NCBI GenBank assembly: GCA_964482055.1 | Contig: CAYZVX010000001.1 | Span: forward strand, 17,057-81,056 | From: an uncultured Acidiferrobacteraceae bacterium | Lineage (GTDB): Bacteria; Pseudomonadota; Gammaproteobacteria; Acidiferrobacterales; Sulfurifustaceae | Length of the DNA: 64,000 bases | Reading direction: 5' to 3' | In this document: in pieces, positions 32,218 to 45,839 of the stretch | Position numbering within the stretch: position 1 is the first letter of the stretch | How the letters are laid out: the number at the start of each line of letters is the position of its first letter | Made by a program: the position numbers and the translations under genes | Notes under the pieces: generated by a model | What the model saw: only the letters and a program-made list of their open reading frames with translations | What the model was told of the DNA's origin: nothing | Database searches by the model: none

Positions 32218-35200
32218 GTGGATACCGGCTTCGTCCACCTGCGTGTGCATTCCGAGTACTCCCTTGCGGACGGGATTGTGCGCATTGAGGAGTTGGTCGC
32301 CGCCGTCTGCAACCAGGGAATGCCGGCGGTCGCCCTCACCGACCTTACGAACCTATTCGGTGCGGTCAAGTTCTATTCGGCGGCAATCGCCGCGGGCGTC
32401 AAGCCCATTATCGGCGCGGATGTTTGGCTCGCCAACGCCAGTGACCACCACAAGCCACACCGCGCCCTGCTGCTCTGCCAGAACCTCGAAGGCTATCGTA
32501 ATCTGTCGCGCCTGCTGACGCGCGCCTACCGGGAAGGACAACACTCCGGACGGCCGCTCATCGAGCGTGCCTGGTTCGAGGGAGCGACCGCCGGCCTGCT
32601 CATGCTGTCGGGTGCCCACGAGGGAGACATCGGACAGGCGCTGCTGGCCGGCAATCAGGCGCACGCCGAGCAGCTTGCCCGCGAGTACGCGGCGCTGTTC
32701 CCGCAGCGTTTCTATCTCGAGCTGCAACGCACCGGTCTGCCGCAGCAAGAGGACTACAATCACGCCGCCCTGGCGCTGGCTGCGCGGACCGGCCTGCCGG
32801 TGGTCGCGACCAACAACGTCGTGTTCCTGCGGCGCGAGGACTTCGAGACGCACGAGGTTCGTGTCTGCATCCAGGACGGACGCGTGCTCACCGACAGCCG
32901 CCGCCCACGCCGTTACACGCCGCAGCAGTATCTGCGCTCACCGCAGGAGATGGGCGAGCTGTTTGCCGACATCCCCGAGGCGCTCGCCAACAGCGGCGAG
33001 ATCGCCAGGCGCTGCAGCTTCCGGCTGGAGTTCGGCCGCTATTTCCTGCCGGACTACCCGGTGCCGGAGGGCATGACGATCGACAAGCTGTTGCGGCGCC
33101 AGAGTCTTGCCGGACTGGAGCAGCGCCTGCGCGCCTTGCCGGAGACCCAGCGCGCCGCTCGCCGCGATACCTATCGCGAGCGGCTCGAGCTCGAGCTCGG
33201 CGTCATCATCAAGATGGGATTCTCCGGTTACTTCCTCATCGTGGCTGACTTCATCCAATGGGCGCGCGATCACGGCGTGCCGGTCGGGCCGGGGCGCGGC
33301 TCCGGCGCGGGCTCGCTGGTGGCCTACTGCCTCGGCATCACGGCGCTCGACCCGATCCGCTACGAGCTTCTGTTCGAGCGTTTCCTCAACCCGGAGCGCG
33401 TGTCGCTACCGGACTTCGACATTGATTTCTGCATCGAGGGCCGTGACCGGGTGATGGAGTACGTCACGCAACGCTACGGGCAGGACAAGGTCGCGCAGAT
33501 CATCACGCACGGCACGATGGCGGCCAAGGCGGTGGTGCGCGACGTCGGGCGCGTGCTCGACCACCCGTACGGTTATGTCGACAAGATCGCCAAGCTCATA
33601 CCGTTTGAGCTCGACATGACGCTCGACAAGGCCCTCGAACAGGAGCCGGCGCTGCGCGAGCGCTACGAGAAAGAGGAGGACGTGCGGGCGCTGATCGACA
33701 TGGCGCGCGCGCTGGAAGGACTGGCGCGCAGCGCCGGCAAGCACGCCGCCGGTGTCGTCATTGCGCCGAGCGCCCTGACCGACTTCATGCCACTCTACTG
33801 TGAGCAAGGCAGCAAGCAGTACGTCACACAGTTCGACATGAAAGATGTCGAAAGTCTCGGGCTCGTCAAGTTCGATTTTCTGGGGTTGCGCAACCTTACG
33901 ATCATCGACAAGGCCGTCAAGATGATCAACGCCGAACGTGCGCGTAGCGGCGAGCCGCCGATCGTGATCGACGAGCTACCAATCGACGACCCGGCAACGT
34001 TCGCGCTGCTCAAGTCGTGCCGCACCACGGCGCTGTTTCAGCTCGAGTCGCGGGGTATGAAGGACCTGATCCAGCGCCTGCAGCCCGATAGTTTCGAGGA
34101 AATCGTGGCGCTCGTGGCGCTGTTCCGCCCCGGTCCGCTGCAGTCCGGGATGGTCGATGACTACATCAACCGCAAGCACGGGCGCAGCCCCATCAAGTAC
34201 CTGCACCCCAGCCTGGAGCCGATCCTCAAGCCGACCTATGGCGTGATTCTGTACCAGGAGCAGGTGATGCAGATCGCACAGGTGCTGTCCGGCTACACGC
34301 TCGGCAGCGCGGACCTGCTGCGCCGGGCGATGGGCAAGAAGAAGCCCGAGGAGATGGCGCAGCAGCGCTCCGTGTTCGTGCAGGGGGCCAAGGCGAGAAA
34401 CGTCGACGAGCGGCTGGCAAGCCACATATTCGATCTGATCGAGAAGTTTGCCGGCTACGGCTTCAACCGCTCGCATTCCGCCGCCTACGCATTGATTGCC
34501 TATCAAACGGCCTGGCTCAAGGCGCACTACCCGGCGGCCTTCATGGCCGCCGTACTGTCCGCGGACATGGACAAGACGGACAAGGTCGTGACCATGATCG
34601 CCGAGTGTCGCGACATGCAGATCAGCCTGCTGCCGCCCGATGTCAACCACTGCGAGTACGGCTTTGTGCCGCTCGATGACAAGACGATTCTCTACGGCCT
34701 GGGCGCTATCAAGGGTCTGGGCGAAAGCGCCATCGAGGCCATACTGGCCGCGCGCCGCGAGGGTGGAGCGTTCCGCGACCTGTTCGACCTGTGCCGGCGC
34801 ATCGATCTGCGCAAGGTCAACCGGCGCGTGCTCGAGTCTCTCATCCGCGCCGGAGCCCTGGACGGTATCGGTCCGCATCGCGCCGCGATGCTGGCGTCGC
34901 TTAACGCGGCGTTGGCGGCGGCTGACCAGCACAGCAAGCGAGTGGCAGCCGGACAGGTGGACCTGTTTGGTGAAGCGGCCGCGGCGCCGGATGCGCATGT
35001 GTACAGCAACGTCGCTGAGTGGACCGAGGAGCAGCGTCTCGAGGGCGAGAAGGAAACGCTGGGCCTGTACCTGACCGGCCACCCGATCGCGCGCTACGCC
35101 GAGGAGCTTGCGCGTATCACGGATTCGACCATCGCCGAGCTCAAGCCGACCAAGGATCGCACCGTTGTCGTCGCGGGTCTGGTGGTTGGCATGCGCGCCA

Positions 35201-35667
35201 TGCAGACGCGACGCGGCGACCGAATGGCGTTCGTGACACTCGATGACCGCACCGGCCGGCTTGAGCTTGCCGTGTTCTCGGATCTCTACAGTCAATGCCG
35301 TGAACTGCTGGTGAAAGACACGTTGCTCGTCGTCGAGGGGCAGGTGAGCGTCGATGAGTACACCGGCGGTTTCAAGATGTCCGCAGACAAGGTGTATAAT
35401 ATCGATCAGGCGCGCGCTGCATTTGCCAAGCGGCTCGTGATCAGTCTGCGCGCCGAGACCGCCGCGAACGGCTTCGTCGACGAGCTGGGCGAAATCCTGC
35501 AACCGGTGGCACGCGGCGACTGCCCGGTGTACGTGCAATACCAGTCCGATGCGGCCGAAGCGGAGATCGCGCTCGGCGACGAATGGAGAATCACCCCGAC
35601 GGTCGCAGTGCTCAACGAGCTGACGCGCCTGGCAGGAGAAAACAATGTGCGCATGGACTATCGCTGA
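32218..35667 (+). CDS. dnaE: DNA polymerase III subunit alpha
   Basis: 1149 aa with a GTG start. PHP domain start [15 protein letters not shown] and polymerase core ([19 protein letters not shown]). Confidence 0.96.
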   Translation: MDTGFVHLRVHSEYSLADGIVRIEELVAAVCNQGMPAVALTDLTNLFGAVKFYSAAIAAGVKPIIGADVWLANASDHHKPHRALLLCQNLEGYRNLSRLLTRAYREGQHSGRPLIERAWFEGATAGLLMLSGAHEGDIGQALLAGNQAHAEQLAREYAALFPQRFYLELQRTGLPQQEDYNHAALALAARTGLPVVATNNVVFLRREDFETHEVRVCIQDGRVLTDSRRPRRYTPQQYLRSPQEMGELFADIPEALANSGEIARRCSFRLEFGRYFLPDYPVPEGMTIDKLLRRQSLAGLEQRLRALPETQRAARRDTYRERLELELGVIIKMGFSGYFLIVADFIQWARDHGVPVGPGRGSGAGSLVAYCLGITALDPIRYELLFERFLNPERVSLPDFDIDFCIEGRDRVMEYVTQRYGQDKVAQIITHGTMAAKAVVRDVGRVLDHPYGYVDKIAKLIPFELDMTLDKALEQEPALRERYEKEEDVRALIDMARALEGLARSAGKHAAGVVIAPSALTDFMPLYCEQGSKQYVTQFDMKDVESLGLVKFDFLGLRNLTIIDKAVKMINAERARSGEPPIVIDELPIDDPATFALLKSCRTTALFQLESRGMKDLIQRLQPDSFEEIVALVALFRPGPLQSGMVDDYINRKHGRSPIKYLHPSLEPILKPTYGVILYQEQVMQIAQVLSGYTLGSADLLRRAMGKKKPEEMAQQRSVFVQGAKARNVDERLASHIFDLIEKFAGYGFNRSHSAAYALIAYQTAWLKAHYPAAFMAAVLSADMDKTDKVVTMIAECRDMQISLLPPDVNHCEYGFVPLDDKTILYGLGAIKGLGESAIEAILAARREGGAFRDLFDLCRRIDLRKVNRRVLESLIRAGALDGIGPHRAAMLASLNAALAAADQHSKRVAAGQVDLFGEAAAAPDAHVYSNVAEWTEEQRLEGEKETLGLYLTGHPIARYAEELARITDSTIAELKPTKDRTVVVAGLVVGMRAMQTRRGDRMAFVTLDDRTGRLELAVFSDLYSQCRELLVKDTLLVVEGQVSVDEYTGGFKMSADKVYNIDQARAAFAKRLVISLRAETAANGFVDELGEILQPVARGDCPVYVQYQSDAAEAEIALGDEWRITPTVAVLNELTRLAGENNVRMDYR

Positions 35668-35723
35668 CATCCGCCACCAGACCGACCGTAGCCGTTGAGG
35701 CCATTGGCAGGCAGGGGGATAGC

Positions 35724-36683
35724 ATGAACCAGAACTACCTGCAGTTTGAGCAGGCGATTGCCGAGCTCGAGGCGAAGATCGAGGCCCTGCGCTACAGCAG
35801 CAAGGGCAGTGATCTCAACATCAACGACGAGATCAACCGGTTGCGCGCCAAGAGCCGCAAGCTCACCGAGTCGATTTTCAATTCGCTGAGCGCATGGCAG
35901 ATCTCGCAGCTGGCGCGCCATCCGCTGCGTCCCTACACCCTGGATTACATTCCGCGCGTGTTCAGCGAGTTCGAGGAGCTGCATGGCGATCGCGCCTTTG
36001 CCGATGATCCCGCGATCGTGGGCGGCATCGCGCGACTGGACGACCGCTCCGTGGTCGTGGTCGGCCATCAGAAAGGGCGCGACACGCGCGAGAAAATCCG
36101 GCGCAACTTCGGGATGCCGCGCCCTGAGGGCTACCGCAAGGCGCTGCGCTTGATGCGCCTGGCGGAACGATTCCGGCTGCCGGTCATCACCTTCATCGAC
36201 ACGCCCGGGGCGTACCCCGGCATTGGCGCCGAGGAGCGCGGCCAGAGCGAGGCGATCGCACGCAACCTCTTCGAGATGGCGAAGCTCGGCACGCCGATCA
36301 TCAGCGTTGTCATCGGTGAAGGCGGCTCGGGCGGCGCGCTCGCCATCGGGGTGTGCGACAAGTTGCTGATGCTGCAGTTCTCGACCTATTCGGTGATTTC
36401 CCCGGAGGGTTGCGCCTCGATCCTGTGGCGCGCCGCCGACAAGGCGGCCGAAGCGGCCGAGGCCATGGGCATTACCGCCGACAGTCTCACCCGTCTCGGT
36501 CTGGTCGATGAGATCGTGCCGGAGCCCTTGGGCGGGGCGCACCGCGACATCGACACCATGGCAAAGACCCTCAAATCGACGCTCAAGAGCTCGCTCGATA
36601 GCCTCAGCGCTATTTCACTTGAGCGGCTCCTGGAGCGGCGCTACGAGCGCCTGTTCCGTTACGGCGAGCTGCAGGAACATTGA
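35724..36683 (+). CDS. accA: acetyl-CoA carboxylase carboxyltransferase subunit alpha
   Basis: ATG at 35724 gives 319 aa ([23 protein letters not shown]...). Core motif [22 protein letters not shown]. Confidence 0.95.
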   Translation: MNQNYLQFEQAIAELEAKIEALRYSSKGSDLNINDEINRLRAKSRKLTESIFNSLSAWQISQLARHPLRPYTLDYIPRVFSEFEELHGDRAFADDPAIVGGIARLDDRSVVVVGHQKGRDTREKIRRNFGMPRPEGYRKALRLMRLAERFRLPVITFIDTPGAYPGIGAEERGQSEAIARNLFEMAKLGTPIISVVIGEGGSGGALAIGVCDKLLMLQFSTYSVISPEGCASILWRAADKAAEAAEAMGITADSLTRLGLVDEIVPEPLGGAHRDIDTMAKTLKSTLKSSLDSLSAISLERLLERRYERLFRYGELQEH

Positions 36684-38016
36684 TACCGCGTTCTCTCCAG
36701 AGGCGCTGGCGCGCGTACTGAGCGACGGGCTCGGGCTGCGCCCCGATTGCCGGCTGAAAGTTGCCTACAGCGGCGGCCTCGACTCTCACGCGCTGCTTCA
36801 CGCGGCTGCCGCGCTGCGCGGGGCAGGCTGGCGGGTGAGCGCGATTCATGTCGATCACGGCCTGCACCCGCAATCCTCGGACTGGGCCAGCCATTGCGCG
36901 GCGCAATGTGGGCAGCTCGGGCTTGAGGTCCACGTCGAGCGCGTGGCGGTGGTCAAGACCCGTGACCATGGCCTCGAAGATGCCGCGCGCCGGGCACGCT
37001 ACGCCTGTCTGGCTCGGCATATCGCAGAGAACGACGTGTTGCTCACGGCGCACCATCAGGACGATCAGGTGGAGACGGTCTTGCTGCAACTGCTGCGCGG
37101 CGGTGGTCCGCACGGGTTGGCGGCGATGCCGGCGTTGGTGGCGTTTGGCCGGGGGCGGCAGGCACGTCCCCTGTTGGGGTTTACGCGCGCGCAACTGGAG
37201 CGCTACGCGCGCAACGAGGGCCTGGCCTGGATCGAAGACCCGAGCAACCGTGACACGCGCATCGCGCGCAGCCGCGTGCGCCTGATGCTCGTGCCACAGC
37301 TGCTCAGCCTTTGGCCGGACGCCGCGCGCCGTCTGGCACGCTCGGCGCGGCACATGGCGGAGGCCGCACGACTGCTCGATGATCTGGCGGCGCTCGATCT
37401 GGCTCACTGTCAGCAGCCCGACGGCAGCCTTTCGACGGAGGGGCTCGCGGTATTGTCGGCGGCCCGACTGCGCAACGCCGTGCGATTCTGGATTCGTTCG
37501 CGCGGCCTGCGCGCGCCGTCACCCGCGGTGCTCGACCAGGTGGCCACGCAGGTGGCGCGCACGCCGCAGACGCACCACGCCCTGGTGACGTGGCCAGACG
37601 GCGAAATCCGGCGTTACCGTAACCGACTCGTTATCCGTCATCGTACGGATGGACCGCAGCCCTTTGTGCTGACCTGGAGCCCGCCGGCGCCGCTCGACCT
37701 GGCCGGGCAGCGATTGCACGTCGTGAGCGGCATCGGCGATGGCTTAAGTCAGCAACGACTCGCGGGACGGCGCTTGACCGTGCGTTCGCGCCGTGGCGGG
37801 GAGGTCTGCCAACTGGCCGGACGCAGACACCACAGCAGGCTCAAGAAGCTGCTGCAATCGGCGGGCGTTCCGCCCTGGGAGCGCGCCGCTCTGCCTCTGG
37901 TCTTCGTCGATGACGAGCTGGCGGCGATTGCCGACCGATGGGTGTGCGAACCGTTTCAGGCGCGGGCCGGTGAACCCTCCTGGCGCATCGTGTTGGTGCG
38001 CGATCCGCAGGATTGA
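36619..38016 (+). CDS. tilS: tRNA(Ile)-lysidine synthetase (start codon unresolved)
   Basis: PP-loop VAYSGGLDS plus [15 protein letters not shown]. There is no ATG or GTG between the accA stop and the PP-loop. In-frame candidates are TTG 36619 (65-nt overlap with accA), ATT 36679 and CTG 36706. Confidence 0.85.
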   Translation: MSGSWSGATSACSVTASCRNIDTAFSPEALARVLSDGLGLRPDCRLKVAYSGGLDSHALLHAAAALRGAGWRVSAIHVDHGLHPQSSDWASHCAAQCGQLGLEVHVERVAVVKTRDHGLEDAARRARYACLARHIAENDVLLTAHHQDDQVETVLLQLLRGGGPHGLAAMPALVAFGRGRQARPLLGFTRAQLERYARNEGLAWIEDPSNRDTRIARSRVRLMLVPQLLSLWPDAARRLARSARHMAEAARLLDDLAALDLAHCQQPDGSLSTEGLAVLSAARLRNAVRFWIRSRGLRAPSPAVLDQVATQVARTPQTHHALVTWPDGEIRRYRNRLVIRHRTDGPQPFVLTWSPPAPLDLAGQRLHVVSGIGDGLSQQRLAGRRLTVRSRRGGEVCQLAGRRHHSRLKKLLQSAGVPPWERAALPLVFVDDELAAIADRWVCEPFQARAGEPSWRIVLVRDPQD

Positions 38017-38177
38017 CAAGCGCGCGGCGACTGTCGTGCAAATTTTTCGGTTGAGGAAATCGGCGGTATCTGATAGCTTGCACTTCCGTTCCGCCGCCGG
38101 GATCGCAGCCGGGCCGCGCAGGGGGACGTACGCGGAGCGGCCGGAACCGCAATGGTTTCGTGAAGCAGGCCAGATAA

Positions 38178-42006
<3,829 letters not shown>

Positions 42007-42044
42007 GGCGGGCGCGTGTGCGCTTTGGCGCGCGCTTGGCTACA

Positions 42045-42335
42045 ATGGCCGGCGTGCGAATCGTCCTCTACGCCCTTGGCGCTCTGCTGCTGCTGCTGCA
42101 GTACCCGCTGTGGTTCGGCAGCGGCGGCATTCTGACCACCTGGCAGCTGCATCACGAGATCAACGCTCAGAGGTCCGAGAACGCGCGCTTGAAGGAGCGC
42201 AACCAGACGCTCGAGGCCGAGGTGGCCGACCTCAAGTCCGGCTATGACGCGTTGGAAGAGCGTGCCCGCCGCGAGCTCGGCATGGTCAAGAAGGGCGAAA
42301 GTTTCTATCAGGTCATCGACCGCCCGGCGCGCTAG
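42045..42335 (+). CDS. ftsB: cell-division protein FtsB
   Basis: Lies within ORF 42003..42335; Met at 42045 chosen. One TM segment (IVLYALGALLLLLQYPLWF), a coiled coil and ARRELGMVKKGE, typical of FtsB. Confidence 0.88.
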   Translation: MAGVRIVLYALGALLLLLQYPLWFGSGGILTTWQLHHEINAQRSENARLKERNQTLEAEVADLKSGYDALEERARRELGMVKKGESFYQVIDRPAR

Positions 42336-42610
42336 TCCGCAACCGCGCCGTCCTTGGCGCGCGGCCCTCGCCTCGACTCCAGGATGGAGTCGAGGGCCAT
42401 GCAGCAAGGACGCTGCGGTTATGGACTCGATCCGATCGGCGAGTCCGCAACCGGTGCATCCCTGCACCGCGGCCCTCGCCTCGACTCCAGGATGGAGTCG
42501 AGGGCCATGCAGCAAGGACGCTGCGGTTATGGACTCGATCCGATCGGCGAGTCCGCAACCGGTGCATCCCTGCACCGCGGCCCTCGCCTCGATCCGATCG
42601 GCGAGTCCGC
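42335..42610. repeat. 108-bp tandem repeat (2 full copies, 1 internally deleted copy, start of a 4th) made of hairpin modules
   Basis: Unit starts (gtccgc...) are at 42335, 42443, 42551 and 42605. Each full unit has an 18-nt hairpin A (42344-42361; 42452-42469), an 11-bp perfect hairpin B cctcgactcca-gga-tggagtcgagg (42371-42395; 42479-42503) and a gactcg...cgagtc hairpin across the unit junction. The repeat fills the whole gap between convergent ftsB and the 42626 gene. Confidence 0.9.
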
Positions 42611-42625
42611 GCTGCCGGAGTGCCG

Positions 42626-43261
42626 TCAAACTTCCTTGCTCTGTTCGATGACGTAGATCAGGAGAACGAACAGAAAAAACAGGAATTCCACTACCGTGAT
42701 CAAGAACAGCAGCCATACGATGCGGCGTGCCGAGGGCTTCATCGGAATCCATACCCGGCGCATGTACCAGCGCCAGCCCGGTAGCCAGGACCAGCGTTTG
42801 ATCCGCAGGAAGTACAGGCGCAACGCTTCTCCCCAGGCCTTGAGGCTCTTGTCGACCTCAGCCATGCGCGTCTCGCGTTCGGCCTCCGGCAGGGCTTCGT
42901 AGTCGTCCGTTACCAGCAGGCGGCTGCCCCTGCCGTACGGCTCGAACGTGAAGAAGGTGCGCTTCTTGAGCCCCTGGCGGTAGCTGAGGGTCACGCCCTG
43001 GCCGGGGCCGGGGGTGACGTCAAAGTCGACCGCCAGGGTCTGCTGGTTGCTCTGATTCTCCAGCTCGACGTGGTAGCTGTTCGGACCGGTCTTGCGCCAG
43101 ACGCTGAAATAGTAATAAGGGTTGATGCGCAGCAGCACTTCGACGTCGCGCAGGTGCGGCGCGAGCTCGGCGGGCGTCTGGGGTGTGGGGATGGCGACCC
43201 AGACGACGTCCTTGGAGTCGGTCGGAAGTCTCGGCGCCGCCTCGCGGCTCGGCTCAGCCAT
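42626..43261 (-). CDS. hypothetical protein: soluble N-terminal domain plus Trp/Arg-rich amphipathic segment and C-terminal TM anchor
   Basis: 211-aa ORF whose ATG overlaps the stop of the upstream usp gene (ATGGCTGA). C-terminal hydrophobic stretch IVWLLFLITVVEFLFFLFVLLIYVI. I recognise no family. Confidence 0.6.
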   Translation of the reverse strand: MAEPSREAAPRLPTDSKDVVWVAIPTPQTPAELAPHLRDVEVLLRINPYYYFSVWRKTGPNSYHVELENQSNQQTLAVDFDVTPGPGQGVTLSYRQGLKKRTFFTFEPYGRGSRLLVTDDYEALPEAERETRMAEVDKSLKAWGEALRLYFLRIKRWSWLPGWRWYMRRVWIPMKPSARRIVWLLFLITVVEFLFFLFVLLIYVIEQSKEV

Positions 43262-43739
43262 GCGGGTAGGGTACGATCAGCAGCAGGGCTGGCGCGCCGC
43301 GCAGCACCTCTTCGGTCAACATGCGCGAGCGCAACCCGGTCTCGCGTTTCGGCCGCAACGACCCGAGGATAGCCAGGTCCACGCGCGCGGCGCGCAGCTC
43401 CGCCAAGAGGCACTCGGCCGGCTTGCCGAAGCGCACTCTGGGCTCGTAGCGCGCGCGCCGTGCGCGCACCTGCTTCTCGAGGCGGCGGAAATTGCTGTGC
43501 ACCTCCTCTTCGAGCCGTCCTTCCACGTAGCGCCCGTAGATCTCGCGCGTCCGACCGCTGTTGAGCCAGTCATCGCCCATCATGCCCTTCCAGAAGTCCG
43601 GCACGACGATGAAGTGTGTGAGGCGCACACCGGCCCGACACAGGCCGAGCGCGACCCGCTCCGCCGCCCGGGCACCGCGCGTTCCGTGGCTGGCGAGAAG
43701 AATGCGTCTGGGTGTCAGTTGCTTCATAGGTTGCTGCAC
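43254..43739 (-). CDS. universal stress protein (UspA family)
   Basis: 161 aa. RILLASHGTRGARAAE near the N-terminus, and a C-terminal region (DLAILGSLRPKRETGLRSRMLTEEVLRGAPALLLIVP) like the Usp ATP-binding fold. Confidence 0.7.
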   Translation of the reverse strand: MQQPMKQLTPRRILLASHGTRGARAAERVALGLCRAGVRLTHFIVVPDFWKGMMGDDWLNSGRTREIYGRYVEGRLEEEVHSNFRRLEKQVRARRARYEPRVRFGKPAECLLAELRAARVDLAILGSLRPKRETGLRSRMLTEEVLRGAPALLLIVPYPHG

Positions 43740-43909
43740 ACGGCGCTTGCTAATCGGCTGATCGTAGCCACGGGCTCGACAATAGCGCGTTGGTATGGCC
43801 TCCCGAAAGGCCAGTTCTACGTCTCAGGTGGCCGTGCCTTGTACCGATGCAGCGTGCGCCGCTCGGCGATGCGTTGGGTCGCCCTGGGACTGGCAGGCTC
43901 GGGCAGGGC

Positions 43910-43945
43910 AAAAAAAGGCCCGGTGGCGGTATTCGCCACCGGGCC
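43910..43945 (-). terminator. rho-independent terminator of the transporter / small-ORF operon
   Basis: On the minus strand: ggcccggtggcg-aatac-cgccaccgggcc, a 12-bp perfect stem, followed by TTTTTTT. It begins 16 nt after the small-ORF stop. Confidence 0.85.
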
Positions 43946-43960
43946 CCCATTCGGCTATCG

Positions 43961-44089
43961 CTACTTGATGAACACGTAGACGAGCAACGCGATCACGAGC
44001 GAAATCGCCAGGGCAACCATATCCTCAGCACGATCGCTCTTGAAGATTGTGAGCGCCGTACCACGGTCGAATTTCTCTTTCGCTGACAT
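43961..44089 (-). CDS. unlisted 42-aa small membrane protein
   Basis: My translation: MSAKEKFDRGTALTIFKSDRAEDMVALAISLVIALLVYVFIK. A GAGGAG ribosome-binding site lies 7 nt upstream. It starts 18 nt after the stop of the transporter gene and is followed by the strong terminator. It is below the ORF-track size cut-off. Confidence 0.6.
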   Translation of the reverse strand: MSAKEKFDRGTALTIFKSDRAEDMVALAISLVIALLVYVFIK

Positions 44090-44107
44090 GGTTCAGTCTC
44101 CTCGCAG

Positions 44108-45694
44108 CTAGATGGTTTCTTTGACGAACAGCAGCACGACGATCAGCGAACCGATCGCCTTGGTGAAGCCCACGACCGTGCCGATCACAAGCGGCTGGCC
44201 GCCGGCTTGCTTGATCGAGGCCATGGTGATCTGCATGCCGAGGCCGGTCAGGCCGAAGGTGAAGAGCCAGGCGATGATGTCGCGGAACATCGCGATCTTC
44301 TTGGCCGTATGGTAGACCGCCTGGTGCTGCTTCTTGAGGATCTCGGTCGATTCCTTGGACAGGATCTTGGCGTTGACGATGCCGCGAATGACCGTGTCGT
44401 GGTCGATGGCCACGATCTTCCTGTTCTCGATCAGCTTCTGCAGGGCGGCCTTCTGGTCCTCGCGCTGAATTTTGTCCATCTCCGCCTGCAGCTTGGCGGC
44501 CTGCTCGTCGGTCAGGCGCTTGTCAATGACTTTGCCTTCCTTGTCGGTCTTGACCATCACCTTGTCGCTGTTGTCGAAGTACTTGCCCTGGTAGTGCTGG
44601 GCCGGGGCGAACACGCCGGTCGAACCGAGCACGAACATCAGGATGAAGCCCAAGACGAACAGCGGGAACTTGGCGAACATCACCTGCCCGAGGTTCACGC
44701 GCTCGCCGGTCGCCTCGCGCTTGACGTACCACACCGCCAGCCACAGCACGATGATGGGCAGGAACAGGATGCGCGTGATATTGAAGATCTCCGCGACCTT
44801 GAGGGTCTCGATGCCGGTCGGCTGGAACGCCAGCGCCGCACCCGCCACCTGCGCGGAGTTGAGGATGCCGGTGCCGGCCCAGGCGCCGAACTGCGTGTAG
44901 CCCATGCCGAGGGCCTTGCCGATGATCGGGAACACGAACATGCAGCCGACACCCCACAGCAGGATGGTGCCGATCGTGTAGGCGATCTCCGTGGACTTGG
45001 CGTTGACTACCGGAGCCGCCGCGACCGAGGCCGACACGCCGCACACGCCCAAGCCCGCGGACAGCACGCCACCCATGGAGTTCGGAATCTTGCGGCGCGC
45101 GCCCAGCCACAAGGTGAGACCAACGGAACCGAGCACGAAGAAGCCGATCAGCACGATCGACAGGCCGGCGAGCTGCTTGAGCTCCTCCCAGCTATAGAGC
45201 ACGCCCAACAGGACCACGCCGGTCTTGAGACCCAGGCGCGACATGCGCACGCCGTTCTCCGCCCACGACGGGATTTTGAACACGTTGACGATGACGATGC
45301 CCGCCACGATGCCCATGACCACGTAGTTGAGGTTCATGACCTTGGCGAAGTCGAAGCCGAGCGCCGGTTGCGCGGCCTTGCCCCACTGCGCCATCTGAGG
45401 ATCGAGCACCCACTTGACGATGAAGGCGACGACCAGGATGAAGGCCAGGCCGCCCACCGTCGATAGGTAGTAATCCGCATGGCCTTCCTTGGGCTTGGCG
45501 GCGAGCTGCCACAGACCCACCAGTGCCGCGATGACGCCGCAGGTGTAGCCCAGGGCGACCATCTCGCCGGTCAGCTTGGCCGTGTGCAGGTACTTGATGA
45601 CGGGCTCCATGACGCCGGCCTGCACCAGGTAGGCGTAGCCGATCATGATGAGACCGAGGATCAGTGTCCACGGCGTCTTTTTTGTGTAGATCAT
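44108..45694 (-). CDS. YeiH/UPF0324 (putative sulfate exporter, PSE) family membrane protein with an inserted hydrophilic domain of about 100 aa
   Basis: 528 aa. SAGLGVCGVSASVAAAPVVNA aligns with E. coli YeiH GAGSSICGAAAVLATEPVVKA, and GLGMQITMASIKQAGGQPLV aligns with GLTTHVSALKKAGAKPLL. A Lys/Glu/Gln-rich segment (YQGKYFDNSDKVMVKTDKEGKV...QHQAVYHTAKK) sits before the last TM hairpin. A GGAGGAG ribosome-binding site precedes the ATG. Confidence 0.8.
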   Translation of the reverse strand: MIYTKKTPWTLILGLIMIGYAYLVQAGVMEPVIKYLHTAKLTGEMVALGYTCGVIAALVGLWQLAAKPKEGHADYYLSTVGGLAFILVVAFIVKWVLDPQMAQWGKAAQPALGFDFAKVMNLNYVVMGIVAGIVIVNVFKIPSWAENGVRMSRLGLKTGVVLLGVLYSWEELKQLAGLSIVLIGFFVLGSVGLTLWLGARRKIPNSMGGVLSAGLGVCGVSASVAAAPVVNAKSTEIAYTIGTILLWGVGCMFVFPIIGKALGMGYTQFGAWAGTGILNSAQVAGAALAFQPTGIETLKVAEIFNITRILFLPIIVLWLAVWYVKREATGERVNLGQVMFAKFPLFVLGFILMFVLGSTGVFAPAQHYQGKYFDNSDKVMVKTDKEGKVIDKRLTDEQAAKLQAEMDKIQREDQKAALQKLIENRKIVAIDHDTVIRGIVNAKILSKESTEILKKQHQAVYHTAKKIAMFRDIIAWLFTFGLTGLGMQITMASIKQAGGQPLVIGTVVGFTKAIGSLIVVLLFVKETI

Positions 45695-45821
45695 TTATGG
45701 ACTCCTCCGGGTTGGTTGAGGTTGCCACAGTTCCACGGAGGATTTCCCCCCCGCGGTGCTGCATTAGCTTATTCTTATAGACTAACAGGACCTTACATCG
45801 GCCCGGGGCATTCAAGCAGAG

Positions 45822-45839
45822 CTTGTCATAGCTGACAAG
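45822..45839. promoter_or_regulatory. perfect 7-4-7 palindrome (candidate operator) in the AT-rich region upstream of the YeiH-family gene
   Basis: CTTGTCA-tagc-TGACAAG, about 130 nt upstream of the ATG at 45694, inside the most AT-rich stretch of the window. Confidence 0.4.

Noticed and set aside
42335-42625. CRISPR array.
   Set aside because: The repeats are 108 bp and directly abutting, with no unique spacers. No cas genes are in the window.
42354-42656. 100-aa ORF (plus 42244..42651, 42313..42567 and the 318-aa ORF 41796..42752) that would encode a 36-residue tandem-repeat protein across the 108-bp repeats.
   Set aside because: The unit length is a multiple of 3, so several frames on both strands stay open by construction. 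There is no ribosome-binding site. The variation between copies preserves nucleic-acid base pairing rather than amino acids. The 318-aa ORF also runs antisense through eno and ftsB.
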